A DNA stretch of 62,559 bases, filler included, from Globobulimina sp. (GCA_003354225.1; 43 parts of 43 records of this genome joined end to end with filler, not necessarily neighbours in it); one strand, 5' to 3'; numbered from the whole stretch's first letter, positions 12,735 through 26,241 are shown. The notes: generated by a model not told the origin, from the sequence alone. A program made the numbers and translations.

Positions 12735-13578
12735 GTTAAATGGGTCTTTGTTTGCTTGGTTTGTGAGTTAAAGTGACTTGTGATCGCGACAGATGATGGA
12801 AGTACGAGTTTTGTGAAAGTTAAAGTTTTTTGTGAAAATTAAAAACAAAACAGTCATCCATTTATCCACGAAATAATAAATCGCAAATTCTAAAACATTC
12901 GTACAACGATGTCCTCACCTCGTACAACGTCACGTTTTGATATGTCAGCAATAATGCATTGGTCAATATTAAGTATATTTTTGTGTTTCGGATTTCACCT
13001 TGAGACCATTTATGGAACTTCANNNNNNNNNNNNNNNNNNNNNNNNNNNNNNNNNNNNNNNNNNNNTTAATTAATTAANNNNNNNNNNNNNNNNNNNNNN
13101 NNNNNNNNNNNNNNNNNNNNNNCAAAATGACTGTTTTTACACATTTTCGTATAGGCTAATACTAGTTATACTTAGTATTATAATGTTAAATATTGTTATA
13201 TACATAAAGATTTAGTCTTTATTTAGTTGTTTATAAAGTTTTAAATTATAATATGATAATATGATTTAGTTGTTTATTTAGTTATAATATCATATGTACT
13301 TGTTGTATCTTGTGATCGGATTTATTCATAATTAGCAGCTGATTATCCATAGGTACTTCCTGTACTGTAGTCTATTAACCTATTTTCCTTCCAATTTGTT
13401 TAAATAATACACATTTAACAGCTGCATTTTTTGAAAGTTTTTTCTAGTTACAAGAGAGTGAGAGTACAGAGCAAATCCAAGTAAAATTAAAAAAAAAGAA
13501 AATTAAATAAAGGATGCAATCCTTTTTTTTATGGATTTAATTGTGTAAAACACGACGTGTGCTCAAAAATTCTACAAT

Positions 13579-14010
13579 TCATCGATTTTGCATTTTTTCT
13601 TTTAATTCAGTGTTTAGTTGAATGCCATCAAGAAATGTTTGACATTTTAATATTGATTGTTTTGAAAGTAAAGCTTTAAAATATAATAATAACTCTTCTG
13701 AACGCTTTGCGCAGTTTCTTCGTTCTTTATAACTTGTCATCCAATGTTTTGATGGAAATGATGGGGCGCGTTCATTGCAAAAAGCTTGTTTGAATTCTAT
13801 TGTTTTTGATAACGATGAGTGCAATGTATACAGTTTAGAATAGCGAGATGTAAACACATGTATTTGTTTTTGAACAATGAGAAATTCAAATGTGTATAAC
13901 ACAAATGATTTCCTATTATATTTACAAGGTACAATAATAAATCCGCCTGATTCCACAGAGACTTTGAAAGCTGGTTCATTGGATAAAGAAATAGTTGACA
14001 TTGACTCCAT
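13579..14010 (-). CDS. PX-domain protein
   Basis: FVLYTF..SRYSKLYTLHSSL..PSFPSKHW..KRSEELLLYFKALL. Confidence 0.8.
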   Translation of the reverse strand: MESMSTISLSNEPAFKVSVESGGFIIVPCKYNRKSFVLYTFEFLIVQKQIHVFTSRYSKLYTLHSSLSKTIEFKQAFCNERAPSFPSKHWMTSYKERRNCAKRSEELLLYFKALLSKQSILKCQTFLDGIQLNTELKEKMQNR

Positions 14011-14070
14011 AGTCCAAGTTTTTTATTTATTTAATTACAAAACCTGGTTCACGTTGCTGATCGAAACACA

Positions 14071-14480
14071 ATGCCTCGTAGCAATAGACCAAAGAAATCA
14101 AAATACACAATGCCTCGTTGCAATAGCCCACCATTAACGCATCCAAGGCCAAGGAAATCCAAATCCAAATCACAAACAATATCGCAAACAATGCCAATGA
14201 AATCAAAATCAAAAACAAAATTGAAAAAAAAGAAAAAAAAGAAACAAGCAGCACGCGTACGCGCTCGCCGTCAATTCACCATACATTCATTCTGCAAACA
14301 CGATATTTCCAATGGACAATGCAAAGTAACCAAGAAATCCACAAAACACGACTCTTTATCAGAGCTCAACTGCATACAATGTATGTATGCTCTCGAATTG
14401 TTTATTTATTTGAAAAATATTAAAATATAAATCAGGTCTAAATAAATGGCAGCATGGCGAGGTAAAATGGCAATGCGTAC
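14071..14480 (+). CDS. Lys/Arg-rich hypothetical protein, 5' part
   Basis: Basic ORF, probable intron about 14381-14435. Confidence 0.4.
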
Positions 14481-14719
14481 NNNNNNNNNNNNNNNNNNNN
14501 NNNNNNNNNNNNNNNNNNNNNNNNTTAATTAATTAANNNNNNNNNNNNNNNNNNNNNNNNNNNNNNNNNNNNNNNNNNNNTTATGCAAACTGTGTATTTT
14601 CGATGAAAAGTATGTTTTTCACTGAAAAAACAATGATTTTTCTAATTCACGGTGTTACAGTAATTTAATTAAATTCAATTTACCTTATTCCCGTTTGCTC
14701 GAATTAATTAAAATTCAAA

Positions 14720-15938
14720 TTAACAGATTCCATCAGAATGAGTTTTGTTGAAATAAAATTGATCATAATCATAGGTGAGAAGTATACGTAGATTCTCATT
14801 GTGAATATGTTTTGAGTATGTTTTGATATAAACAGGTTTCATTTTGGTGCCATCAGGTCTTGCAAACAGTATATTTAATAATGTTTGAAGTTGAGCAGCT
14901 GACGTTGTATCACCAAAATGGGCCGCATCATTACCATCTCCCCGCGCAAAGGAGGTATTTGTAAACGATAATGTATCAATCATTGCTATTCCACACTCAT
15001 TTTCACGATTTATTAATGAGATCACATCATACATAATTTGACGAAACAGCTCTTGTTTCAGAGCATCGTTGCATTTCTGACATCTGCCACCTTGCGTGCA
15101 ACGATTTGGATATAATTTATGAAGAACAAACCATAAATATTGTATATTGTGTTTCTTTTTCTTTATTGTATTGCATGTTTTACTCACATTCAAATATAAT
15201 GCGTTTCTGTAGGCATTGAAGCCTTTAAAATAGCGCCCCATATCCCAAACATATGCAAATTGTATGATTGTGTCATATCTGATTTTATTATTCTTCAATT
15301 GTTGGTGTGGTTGCAGCAAATCCCTATCCGCATCCATAGTGTTTGCCCAATACAAGTCTATATTGCTCCTATTACCCCACAGTTGAATGCTCCAATAGCC
15401 GCCTCCCGAAGTATTAAATCTATCAACGGCACCATTTCTAAAAATGGAAAAACTTTGAGCCTCAGTTCCCTTTATTTCATATTCAATATAACGATCTGCG
15501 AAAAAACGCACTGCTTTGCCATATTTAGTAACATTGAGTTTCTGCATTATTAATAAAAAAAATGATCTATAAATATTCCGTAACAATGAATCGCCAAAAA
15601 ATACAATGTTTCTGTTTTTCAACTCATACAATATATTACTTTCAAATTCTGCAAAATCATATAATAGACATTTATGAGGTTTCCAAATCTTCTGTATATT
15701 GCGATGAAGTGACTTGATGCCATCACCAAAAAAATCAAAATTATATTGATGGATGGATGTGTTGTGTGGTACAATCCAATTCCCATCACGGATGTCTTCA
15801 TTTTTTAAACAATATATCGATGTGGATGTGGATGTGAATGTGGATGTGGAGGCGGTGGTGTTGAGATTGGAGATCTCAGCACTGTCTACTATCAGATTTG
15901 AGATTGAGATGTGTTGGGAAAGCTGTATCAGAATTATA
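14720..15938 (-). CDS. SGNH/PC-esterase (TBL/Cas1p-like O-acyltransferase/esterase), 5' partial
   Basis: Open to contig edge; GNW..WKPHKCLL, IVFFGDSLLRNIY, C-terminal DAAH (DxxH). Confidence 0.75.
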
Positions 15939-16038
15939 NNNNNNNNNNNNNNNNNNNNNNNNNNNNNNNNNNNNNNNNNNNNTTAATTAATTAANNNNNN
16001 NNNNNNNNNNNNNNNNNNNNNNNNNNNNNNNNNNNNNN

Positions 16039-17396
16039 AATAAACTTGAGCTTGCAACGGCTGAGTATTCTAATGCTATCGAAGGAGATGCAGCAAAGGT
16101 TGCACAATTTGATACTTTTCAAGATGATGAGGCTCCATCATGGGCTAAAAGCAATAACCTTATTGCACGTTTTTCGGCATTAAAAGAGGGACTTTTGGAG
16201 CATAAAAAAGACAAAATCGCCGAAATGGAAACTCAAAATCGACTTGCTCGTGATAATGACGATTTAAGGCGACAAGGTAACGAATTACAACGACAACTTG
16301 CTGAACGACCGAATGTTGCGGCACTTCCGATACATGCAAATATCGGTCCACCCCCAGCAGTTCAAGTAAATGCAGCCCCTGTTACTAGTTCATTTCGTTT
16401 ATCAAAAATCGACATCGAAAAATATGAAGGTAATATACTAAAATGGCGAGAATTTTATGATAGTTTCGAAGCAGCTATTGATAAAAATCCAAATTTGTCA
16501 GGTGTTGAAAAATTTACTCACTTACGAGCAAAATTGAAGGGTGCTGCTTTAGAAGCAATTTCTGGTATACCAATTTCCAATGATAATTATAAAATAGCTT
16601 TAGAAAATTTACAAGAACGATTCGGGAACCCTCAAAAAATTATTGATGCACATTATATTAGTCTAACCGATTTGCCAAATTCTCCAAATCAAATTTCTAA
16701 ATTACGTGTACTTTATGATAGTATGGAAAAACATTTTCGCAGTTTAGAAGCTATTGGCGAGGATGTTAATATTCAGCGACAATTGGTATCGTTAGTTAAG
16801 ACTAAATTACCGGACGAAATTATGTACCAATTAAATAGCAAAATCGATGATGACGAAAATTGGACACTTGAAAAATTACGTAAACTTTTGGGAAGAGAAA
16901 TTCGTGCTCGTGAGTCCATAATTCCAGTAACTACTTCACAAAAAAGTACAGCTTTTAGCGAAAATTTTGATTCTCAAACTCACTTTCAGCCTAAACCTGA
17001 AAATCGCGGTTATTCGACTCCAAATTTTAGAAAATTTCCACAATCGGGGTCAAGTCCGTATTCAAAAAGTACCCCAACAAGATTACATACTACTTCAGCG
17101 CTTTTTGTGGGAAATGGCAGACAACCCCCACCCAGATTATGTTTTTATTGTGGCGATCCTCACTGGACTGACGAATGTGAGTCATTCCCCACTTTGGATG
17201 AAAGAGAATTCAAGCTGGAAGGTAACTGCTACAACTGCTTACGTCAAGGACATTCTGTATCATCATGCAGGTATGACAGACCTTGTTATTATTGTGGAGT
17301 AGCAAAAAATCATCATCGTAGTCTCTGTCCGAAAAAGTTTACTCGAAAATTTCCAGAAACAGAAATAAAACAAGGCTATTTTGCCCATAAAACTAT
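16039..17396 (+). mobile_element. BEL/Pao LTR retrotransposon gag fragment
   Basis: DUF1759-like block (IEKYEGNILKWREFYDSFEAAID..EKFTHLRAKLKGAA) plus three Cys/His knuckles (CFYCGDPHWTDEC, CYNCLRQGHSVSSC, CYYCGVAKNHHRSLC). Confidence 0.9.
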
Positions 17397-17630
17397 NNNN
17401 NNNNNNNNNNNNNNNNNNNNNNNNNNNNNNNNNNNNNNNNTTAATTAATTAANNNNNNNNNNNNNNNNNNNNNNNNNNNNNNNNNNNNNNNNNNNNTATA
17501 AATACGTTGATATAATTCAGTATTTATTCGTTTAGTCTGTTAAATATTGATTGTAGACGGATAAAATCAACTGAATTATTTTCACTTAAATGCACTTAAA
17601 TGCACTATTTTGTATATATATATTTTTGTA

Positions 17631-18157
17631 GATATTCTGATGGCGATGAAACCATTGGAAAATGGATAATGACAAAGGATGAGATCAGCATTAAAGCGCT
17701 GGCGATTTGTGAAAAGGATAATTTATTGGAATGTGGTGCGAATTCATGGATTGTGGATGAAGCATACTATGAAGAAGGCGATTTTGATGGAGTAGTAAAT
17801 AAAGTGATTGATAAATATATGATGCTCAGAAAGAATAAATGTGGAAATGTGACAGATGGCGAAGTACCACAAACAACAACGTATTCTGTAATATTAATAA
17901 TGATGATAATAATTGGTGGTGGTGTGTTAATTTTAGTTATTGTTGTGGTTGGATGTTGTGTTTGGTGTAAAAGCGAAAGACATAGCATTAAGAGATCAGT
18001 GCAAAGAGTGAGTGATGGTTTTGTTGATGGTTTTGTTGATGGTGAGAAGATACAAATTGATTATTCTGATGAAGGTGGAATGCAAATGATTGAAAAGATT
18101 GTGGAAATTGATGATAATGAAATTGAATCACCATTAACAACAACTACATATAATTGA
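17631..18157 (+). CDS. Last exon of single-pass membrane protein
   Basis: AG acceptor, Cys-containing ectodomain end, long hydrophobic TM, acidic tail. Confidence 0.6.
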
Positions 18158-18478
18158 GCATACAGCATTAAATATTATTAATATTAACTGTCATATTTTT
18201 ATTTTTTTCGAATATTTTTTGTGTTACATTCATGATCAAATGTATTACTAGTAATTCATTGTTCAACAAAACATGCAGTCGAACCGCTGAACGATATATC
18301 TCCAATTGATTACCATCCAACGCTTTTGTATGCGAACCCAACACAAAGTTACAACAAACTCAAATCAAACACAACACAAGCAATAGCAAACAGTTTCTGT
18401 TACGCGTAACTTTTGCTAGGATCTACCATTCGAACTGACAGTTTTCTAAAATTGCAGTGTACTAATCGGCAACAACTA

Positions 18479-18748
18479 ATGACCTTTGAGACTCTTGTGC
18501 AATGGGTGGTGTCTGTTGTTGTTGGTTTTGTTGCCACAATACTCGCTTTATTCATCTTAAAAAAAGAATTAAATAAACTAAAAGGCAATAATATTCTCTA
18601 TGTATCAAAATATTTAAAGATATTTCCTTTGTTATGCATCACTGCGGGAACTCTGGCACCGTTATTTATATTATTACAATATATTCTGAATTATGAAGAA
18701 ATATTGGTATTAAACAGATATATAATTATGAATTATGTAAATCTATAA
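18479..18748 (+). pseudogene. Truncated multi-TM (7TM-like) protein N-terminus
   Basis: Two TM helices, then drift into AT-rich sequence and stop. Confidence 0.35.
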
Positions 18749-18954
18749 ATAACTGTTAATTATAATAATTCCAAACTAAATTTAGCATTTATCAAATTCG
18801 AAGAATATCCAACCACTCCTTTCACTCCAATCAATTAAATTTAGCATTTATTTTNNNNNNNNNNNNNNNNNNNNNNNNNNNNNNNNNNNNNNNNNNNNTT
18901 AATTAATTAANNNNNNNNNNNNNNNNNNNNNNNNNNNNNNNNNNNNNNNNNNNN

Positions 18955-19960
18955 TCACAGATTCAATACTCCTCTCTTTATTTTCTGTAACAATGTCAAA
19001 ACTGAATTTTTCCTGATGCTGTGGATCAAATTCTTTATAATCTCGAATGTGCACATAAAATAACAATGTGATATGTATCGCCATATGACCCAAAGTGTTA
19101 TGTATATAAATCCAAATAATTGAATTGTATTTGTCAAAGTTGCTCATTGCGACCCAAACATATGAACCTACGATGCATAGAAAATAAGCGGAAAATCCAA
19201 GAATTAATCTCCTCATTCTACGAATCATTTGTTGCATCATTATTTTATAACGATCGACACTGTCAATATTTATTTGTGCATTTCCATCCTTGTCCACACG
19301 CCCGATTTCTAAGCATTTTTTGTAGCGATATTCAGAGCGTAATAGTCTTTGCAGCGAACCTAAGAGGAATAGCAATTGGATCAAAAACAATGCTTCGAGC
19401 ACTGACCAAACCATACTATAAATTGTAAATAGGTTACGATACATTTGAATGTCAGACCATGTAAAGTGTAGAAATTGGATTATCGCTAAACAATACGTTG
19501 CAAAACACCACAAAAAGGTTGGTATTAAGTAGCAGATTGGAACAGATGATGACAACATAGCGATACTATTTTTATCATCATTGGATTTATTATTATTGTT
19601 TCCAAATTGGGGATAAAATAATGCACGATATGAATGAAACATTCTTATCACAATTAATGTTAAACATGTTGGCATTATGATATCATACAATGCTGCCACG
19701 CCATGAAACATTATGGAATATACATGATTTAAATCAGTGATCCATTGGAATGGGAATAGACATTCGCAAATTAATGCAAATACCAAAAAAAGTCGTAAAT
19801 ATTGAAGGTTGGTATGATCCAATTTGTTTTTTATTTTGTGTTTGGCAATGCATGCGCCCATTATGAATACAATAGAAAACGCAAATAAAAATATTAAATT
19901 TGTAAATTCGCATATCACCCATGCCAATAATTCACCGGATAAGTGCAAATTAAACGCCAT
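18955..19960 (-). CDS. Seven-transmembrane (GPCR-like) protein, 3' partial
   Basis: About 7 hydrophobic segments with basic loop before TM6. Confidence 0.65.
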
Positions 19961-19995
19961 GGTCCAAGATGTTTTATAAAAGTCAAAATTTAAAA

Positions 19996-20312
19996 ATGTC
20001 TAAACCATACATGATGGCAGCAAACTTATCTGAAGCAGGTCATTTTACAATGACATTTAACCCTATTCTGGAAATGGATGAAATTGTTTGGAAGCAAAAA
20101 TCAGCCATCTTGGGCCGATCCGGAACCAAATTGAGTGTCGCCATTGGCAATTTTCTTCCTGTCGGTAAAAGTAGATTAATATCAAGGAAACATGCTGAAA
20201 TATTCTGGAATGAACGAAAAGGTTGTTTTGATTTGATAGTACTGGCCATGTCTGGAATATCTACCAATTCACATCATTATCAAAAGGATGAAACAATATC
20301 ATCAGCAATGAA
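19996..20312 (+). CDS. FHA-domain protein, 5' part
   Basis: ILGR..ISRKHAEIFWN..FDLIVL. Confidence 0.8.
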
Positions 20313-20412
20313 NNNNNNNNNNNNNNNNNNNNNNNNNNNNNNNNNNNNNNNNNNNNTTAATTAATTAANNNNNNNNNNNNNNNNNNNNNNNNNNNNNNNN
20401 NNNNNNNNNNNN

Positions 20413-21216
20413 TATTCCCAAATTACATCTCTGTGACACACAAAAACAAACAAAAATGGAGAGTACAGTTCGGTAATATTTGCGACTCATTTTTATCCAA
20501 AAGTGAGTTGTTAATTCAATTAAAAGACAAACAATATGCAATGCATTATTTGCCGCAGAAAACCATATTTTATCAATCGACAGCAGATTGTATTTATAAT
20601 CCAAACTGTCGCATACAGGTAATTGTGCATTGTCTAACTTTGTATAATTTCGTTTCAGATGGCACTGAATGCTCACTTTCAAACTAAAAGCACCATCGTT
20701 TCAGTTTGAAACTGAACATATCCGCAATTGCATAGTGATTGCGGACTGGTTTGAAATTGAAACGTGATTATAACCAAAATGTACATTTAATATTAACCAA
20801 AGGTGAGTTGGGAAGAACGATTAATTACAAACAAGGACCGAATTTATAAAGTGATTGGAAACGATGCATTCTTTGATATCAAACGAAAACATTTAAAATT
20901 AACACAATTAATAAACGCGTTTGGCAATGCACTAAATCAAACCAAGGAGCTGTTATTAATAAATCCATCGTTGGTTCAATCGCAAGGTTTTGTGGATACT
21001 AAAAAACAAAAATATAGAATGGAATTATTAATACCGTTATATATTGCTTTTAATCGTGAAATATATACATTTGCATTGGCGCTTGCATTGACTAGAAATA
21101 ATAACAAAAATAACAACTATTATTATTATGCAGTTAAATCAGTATTAACGCTGAAGATGGCATACGCCAATGCACGGTTAGTTGGTCCGGTTACTGCGAA
21201 CTGGTTAAAAAATTAA
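20413..21216 (+). CDS. DUF3825-domain protein, 3' part; intron 20619-20802
   Basis: LPQKTIFY..DCIYNP..MELLIPLYI..ALAL..SVLTLKMAYANARLVGPVTANWL. Confidence 0.75.
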
Positions 21217-21972
21217 TCTGTTTATGATTGAACTTAAAAGCTTTTAATATTTAGAAATAAATAGTATTATATATTACTTATATTTATTTTTTGATCGCGC
21301 TCTTTTCTCTTTTTGTTTTGACGAATGTTTTTGTCTAAAAATGCATGAATGACATTGTTTTATTTTGGTTTTTCTAATATTACATTGTTATTTGTTTTTT
21401 GTTGTGTTTTTTATATTCTTTTTGTATTTTGCCTTTATGTTTTTTTGTTGGGTTTTTTTATGAATATGGTATTTTGATATTTTTTTTGTTTTAAAATACC
21501 ATGTTTTATGATAATTTTATTAAATAATTAATATATCGTTACTCTTACATTGCGCATTCCTGACAGCCCTAACTCACCACACATTTGATTCGTCATTCAA
21601 TTTGTGATTTTTAATACTTCCTAATTCCTAGATAAGATCTCAATTTATATGAACAACCCCTTATGTTTAATAAAAACAAAATCTAAAAAAACTTCACAAG
21701 GAAACATGGGGAATACACTTTCAAAAGAACTACCGGAAGGTATGTATTCAAGCAAATAAATGAGCCATCTNNNNNNNNNNNNNNNNNNNNNNNNNNNNNN
21801 NNNNNNNNNNNNNNTTAATTAATTAANNNNNNNNNNNNNNNNNNNNNNNNNNNNNNNNNNNNNNNNNNNNAATTGTTCAAATGTCAAATTCTGTTCTGAT
21901 AATTCTCTCTATTCAAAAAGCAAAACAACACAAATAACATTCTAAAGATGTCATGTCATATCAAGCTATGTG

Positions 21973-22871
21973 TCAGTCGTCATCCAATTCATCCTTTTTA
22001 ATGCGCGATAACACCGTTTCAATTTCCTTTTTGTCATATTTCTGAAATTTCTGTGTCTTTGAAGATAGCAATGCAATCTCACAATTTTCCGTTGTAATCT
22101 TGGCCTCCATCACTTGTTTCAATATTTCAGCCGCCAAATCCTCCGCTTCTCGTAACGTCATAGATTTGGCATAGCGGTCTTGCAACACAGACATCGCAGA
22201 CTCGCCGCCTGCGCCCACCGCCACGGTCAAATAGCGGACAGTAGTCCCGGATGGATCGATGACATACAATGACGGCTCGCCATTGTCATCCACGCCCGCG
22301 ATGATGAAGGCCACTCCAAAGGGCCGACTCATTCGCTTCTTCCGATCCCGTTCGTCTTCGTCATCGTCGGTGCCGGCAAAGCTCATCATATGGTCTGCCA
22401 CCGAGGAGGTCACAGATTTCACCGGCATGGCTTCATCGTACGTAAACCAATAATTCTATGGTTACATTTACATTCATATGCATGCATCATCAGAGCGCAA
22501 AATCGCATAAATATGGCACTGAACTTGTGATTGGACTCTAGCGTAATCGATAAGTGTCCGGCCGTCAGCCTGTAATCCGGAGTACACAGAGCCCAGATCT
22601 TGATGTTTTTGTGTATTGTGTATTGTTTGCTGTGTATTGGCATTGCAGTGACTTAACGGGAATCGATTTCAACTATTTTTGAATTGGAAGATGGAACCAT
22701 TAATTTGGATTCCACGCGTTTTTCCACTGCCAATAAGACGCCATCTTTGGTTTGGATGCCTAAGGCGGTGGAACCTAATTTGATGGCTTCCAAAGCATAT
22801 TCAACTTGAAAAAGTCGGCCTTCCTGAGAGAAGGTGTTCACTCCATAATCCAATCTATTTCCTGTGAACAT
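21973..22871 (-). CDS. PSMA5: 20S proteasome subunit alpha type 5; introns 22456-22524 and 22599-22657
   Basis: [34 protein letters not shown], complete after splicing. Confidence 0.95.
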
Positions 22872-23327
22872 ATTTAATGCTTCTTGAATGTGAGTGTATA
22901 GTCTGTGCAGTGTCGAACACTGAAGGCTGAAAGGATGGCTGTGACTAAAGTTAAGAGTGACTAACAACTTCAAGTTTTGACATGTCAACATATACCATGT
23001 TTACAAGGAAAATACGGTTACGATTATTAGTAAGTGGATATGTCAGAAAATATCAGTGTCAATACATCCATGTGGATATTATTAGTATCATTCATGCATT
23101 CCATTATACACCATACAACATATTTGATTTATATTCTATTGGTGACAACAAATAAGGAAAACAAGGAAACGGTGGATATAAACATATTACAAAAATAACA
23201 AAAATAAAAACATTTAAAAAAAAAATANNNNNNNNNNNNNNNNNNNNNNNNNNNNNNNNNNNNNNNNNNNNTTAATTAATTAANNNNNNNNNNNNNNNNN
23301 NNNNNNNNNNNNNNNNNNNNNNNNNNN

Positions 23328-24469
23328 AAACAGTAACAGCTCTGCACTGCACAATCATTCCAATATGCCACAAATAAATACAACATGCTACATTTCATAA
23401 AAAACACCAATTTTGAAACTTCACCTTCATAGTATTCGCGATAATTATGCGATTTGCTTTGTTGTATTAAGGACCTAAATTCTTTATACATTTTGATCAC
23501 AATTGATGAAGATACATTGTTTTGTTGTGCATGCAGTCTGCATAAATAACTATGGAGGGCCATGGCAACTGCTTTTCCTTTATGGCGCATTTTTTGTCTG
23601 ACTATAAAATCTCTTGCTTTCTTATATCTACATCCCGCCAAATAAATTTTAATATCAGTTGGAAAATAATAATAATTGTGCTGATTATAGATAAATATTT
23701 TATAATCATTGAATTGCAGTGCTAATGCTTGATATGCTTTTTTATATTCACCAAAATGAGAAAACCAGTCAGAATATTTTCGAGCAGCCTGATTTACGAC
23801 CACAGCTCCTTTGGTCTTTTGGTCACAGTGAGTCATGATTTGAATATATGTCTCAAATAAATCATTTAATATCTTATGAAACGTATCGTGATTTAGCAAC
23901 ATCAATGCCCAAAGATATTGAAACTGAAAAGAACATTGCAATCGTGCAAAATCAAGTATCTGTACTTGTTTTTTCCAATATGAGATATATTTTTTGTTTT
24001 GTAACAAGTTCCATAATTTTCGAAGCTGTCGTAAAAATTTATAATCACCATTCTCGCGCAACGCATATTGATACAGCAGCAGAGAAACCGGATGATCAGG
24101 CTCAACACGTAATGCTTTTTCAACAAAATATAAGATCTGGGAGATATAATACATTGTATCATGCGGCAAAGTTTTGCCAAATATTTCAATTTGTTGGGAT
24201 GCACTGAATGTTGATGCTTCCACAAAGTAGTGGTGAAATATTGCACATAAAATCATATAATCCACGCACAGTGGTCGTAATCTAAATAATTCGTATACGC
24301 ATTCTTCGCATCGAATGTATGTTTGATATTTCTCATGGTTTTCCATAAATTGTGGCTGGGTTTGAGCGAACACAGTGCCACATTCCACAACTAATTCTTG
24401 CTCATACGTACTTAAATTAGAAAGCTCTATACCCCATGAGGTCTTATTGTCACATTCAAAGACAAACAT
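23328..24469 (-). CDS. Helical/TPR-like hypothetical protein, 3' partial
   Basis: Long ORF; EKALRVEPDHP and GEYKKAYQAL TPR-like motifs; start codon uncertain. Confidence 0.5.
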
Positions 24470-24526
24470 TAACTGCTTCCACAACGTGTATTTTGTAGAA
24501 GTTTTATAGTGGAAACTTATTGAACA

Positions 24527-24684
24527 ATGGAGGAGGAGAAAGAAACTAGCCAAGTGAGTATATCTTTATCAGCGCGATCAAACGAACCATTCATTGAAAC
24601 GGGTGGTGATACAAATAGAACGTCGACAATAGATTCAAAACCAAAGGAATTAAATCAAAATCAGCAGCCACAATCAACAAATCC
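24527..24684 (+). CDS. Hypothetical protein N-terminus
   Basis: ATG and open frame to contig edge. Confidence 0.4.
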
Positions 24685-24784
24685 NNNNNNNNNNNNNNNN
24701 NNNNNNNNNNNNNNNNNNNNNNNNNNNNTTAATTAATTAANNNNNNNNNNNNNNNNNNNNNNNNNNNNNNNNNNNNNNNNNNNN

Positions 24785-25234
24785 CACAAACAGACCAAGG
24801 TTCAAATCGAAGATGTCAGGTTAATTGAACAGAAATTTGGAAACCATCAAACCGTGGAACAAATGAAACGGGAAAAACAATGGCGACTACAATATGGGCG
24901 ATACTTTTATCAATTTAAATATGGAGAGAGTGGACTGGATGTGACATTGCGTGCCACTGCATTCACAGATCGATTGTTTGATCATTTCAGGACTGGATAT
25001 TATTCGACCCGGCCGGAAAGAGAATGGAATGTATTGATTGTGTCGCATGGCCTGTTTATGCGCGTATTTTTAAAAACATTCCTCCGAAGAACCGTCAGTG
25101 ATTTCCAAAAGTGGTATAACTACGCAAACTGCGAAATGTGTATACTATGCAAAGGGGAGGATGGGGAATATACGGTTTCCTGCGACACGCCGTTACCATT
25201 GACGCCAAGGAAACGAATCGCATTAAATGACTAA
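24785..25234 (+). CDS. Histidine phosphatase (phosphoglycerate mutase-like, Det1-type), 3' part
   Basis: RLIEQKFGN..YGRYFYQFKYGESGLDV..R..VLIVSHGLFMRVFL. Confidence 0.85.
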   Translation, partial: HKQTKVQIEDVRLIEQKFGNHQTVEQMKREKQWRLQYGRYFYQFKYGESGLDVTLRATAFTDRLFDHFRTGYYSTRPEREWNVLIVSHGLFMRVFLKTFLRRTVSDFQKWYNYANCEMCILCKGEDGEYTVSCDTPLPLTPRKRIALND

Positions 25235-25290
25235 AAATACACAACAAAAACTGACGACAACAACAAAAAAGGACTGTACTGTACATAAAT

Positions 25291-26141
25291 TTATTGTGGA
25301 ATTAATTCTTTATAATACTGTTGATACACATTATCCGTGATTTTTAATTTCCATTCTTTTTGGATTTGTTTATGATTTAATTGTCGAACTTCCTTCTTAT
25401 TTTTAAAAAAATAATGTGGCCAAATATCCAACATATTATTTGGCATAAATCGCATCAAACTGCCATCCAAATACCAATATAATTTCACGTCTTGAGCTGA
25501 ATTGATATGGAAAGATAATACAAACACTTGATTTTTCCATGAAAAATTTGTGCCACCATCGTATAAATGTTTATTGTCACGTTTGATTCTACAAAATGGT
25601 AATAACCATTGTTGCGTGTTATATAATAGCCTTTCTTGTAAATAGTCTTTTGGAATAATACCAAATTCATTGTCAACTTGATAAAAATATATTTTTTCGC
25701 CTACATTTCTTATCTTATTTTGCTTATCACACTCAATCAATGGCGGATCATTGCTCTGTATGCCATTATCTTCTTTATTTTCTTTATTTTCCTCCACAAT
25801 AAAATCATAATAACAACTTCTTCGATCAATTATTGTCATCAAACGACGGTTACTTTTTTTACTATTTTTCAAGCTTTCTGTAATTTTCCGTGATAAAAGT
25901 TGCGAAATGCCAATTGATGACATATCTTTTTCATTTTTGAGTGTAGTCGTAGCAAATGGGATATTTCCAATATTTAATCTTTTTTCAATATTCATTAAAA
26001 CATCATCTTGTTGTTCATTATATATATTCTTATCGTCATCCGCATCATCGCTTGAATTGCCTGCTTTAACCATCACAGACCGTGGCACGATCCAAAAATC
26101 TAAATGTAGAGGTAGTAAATGCGGATTTTTCGCAATTACCG
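25291..26141 (-). CDS. Hypothetical protein, 3' part
   Basis: Long open frame, no recognised domain. Confidence 0.55.
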
Positions 26142-26241
26142 NNNNNNNNNNNNNNNNNNNNNNNNNNNNNNNNNNNNNNNNNNNNTTAATTAATTAANNN
26201 NNNNNNNNNNNNNNNNNNNNNNNNNNNNNNNNNNNNNNNNN

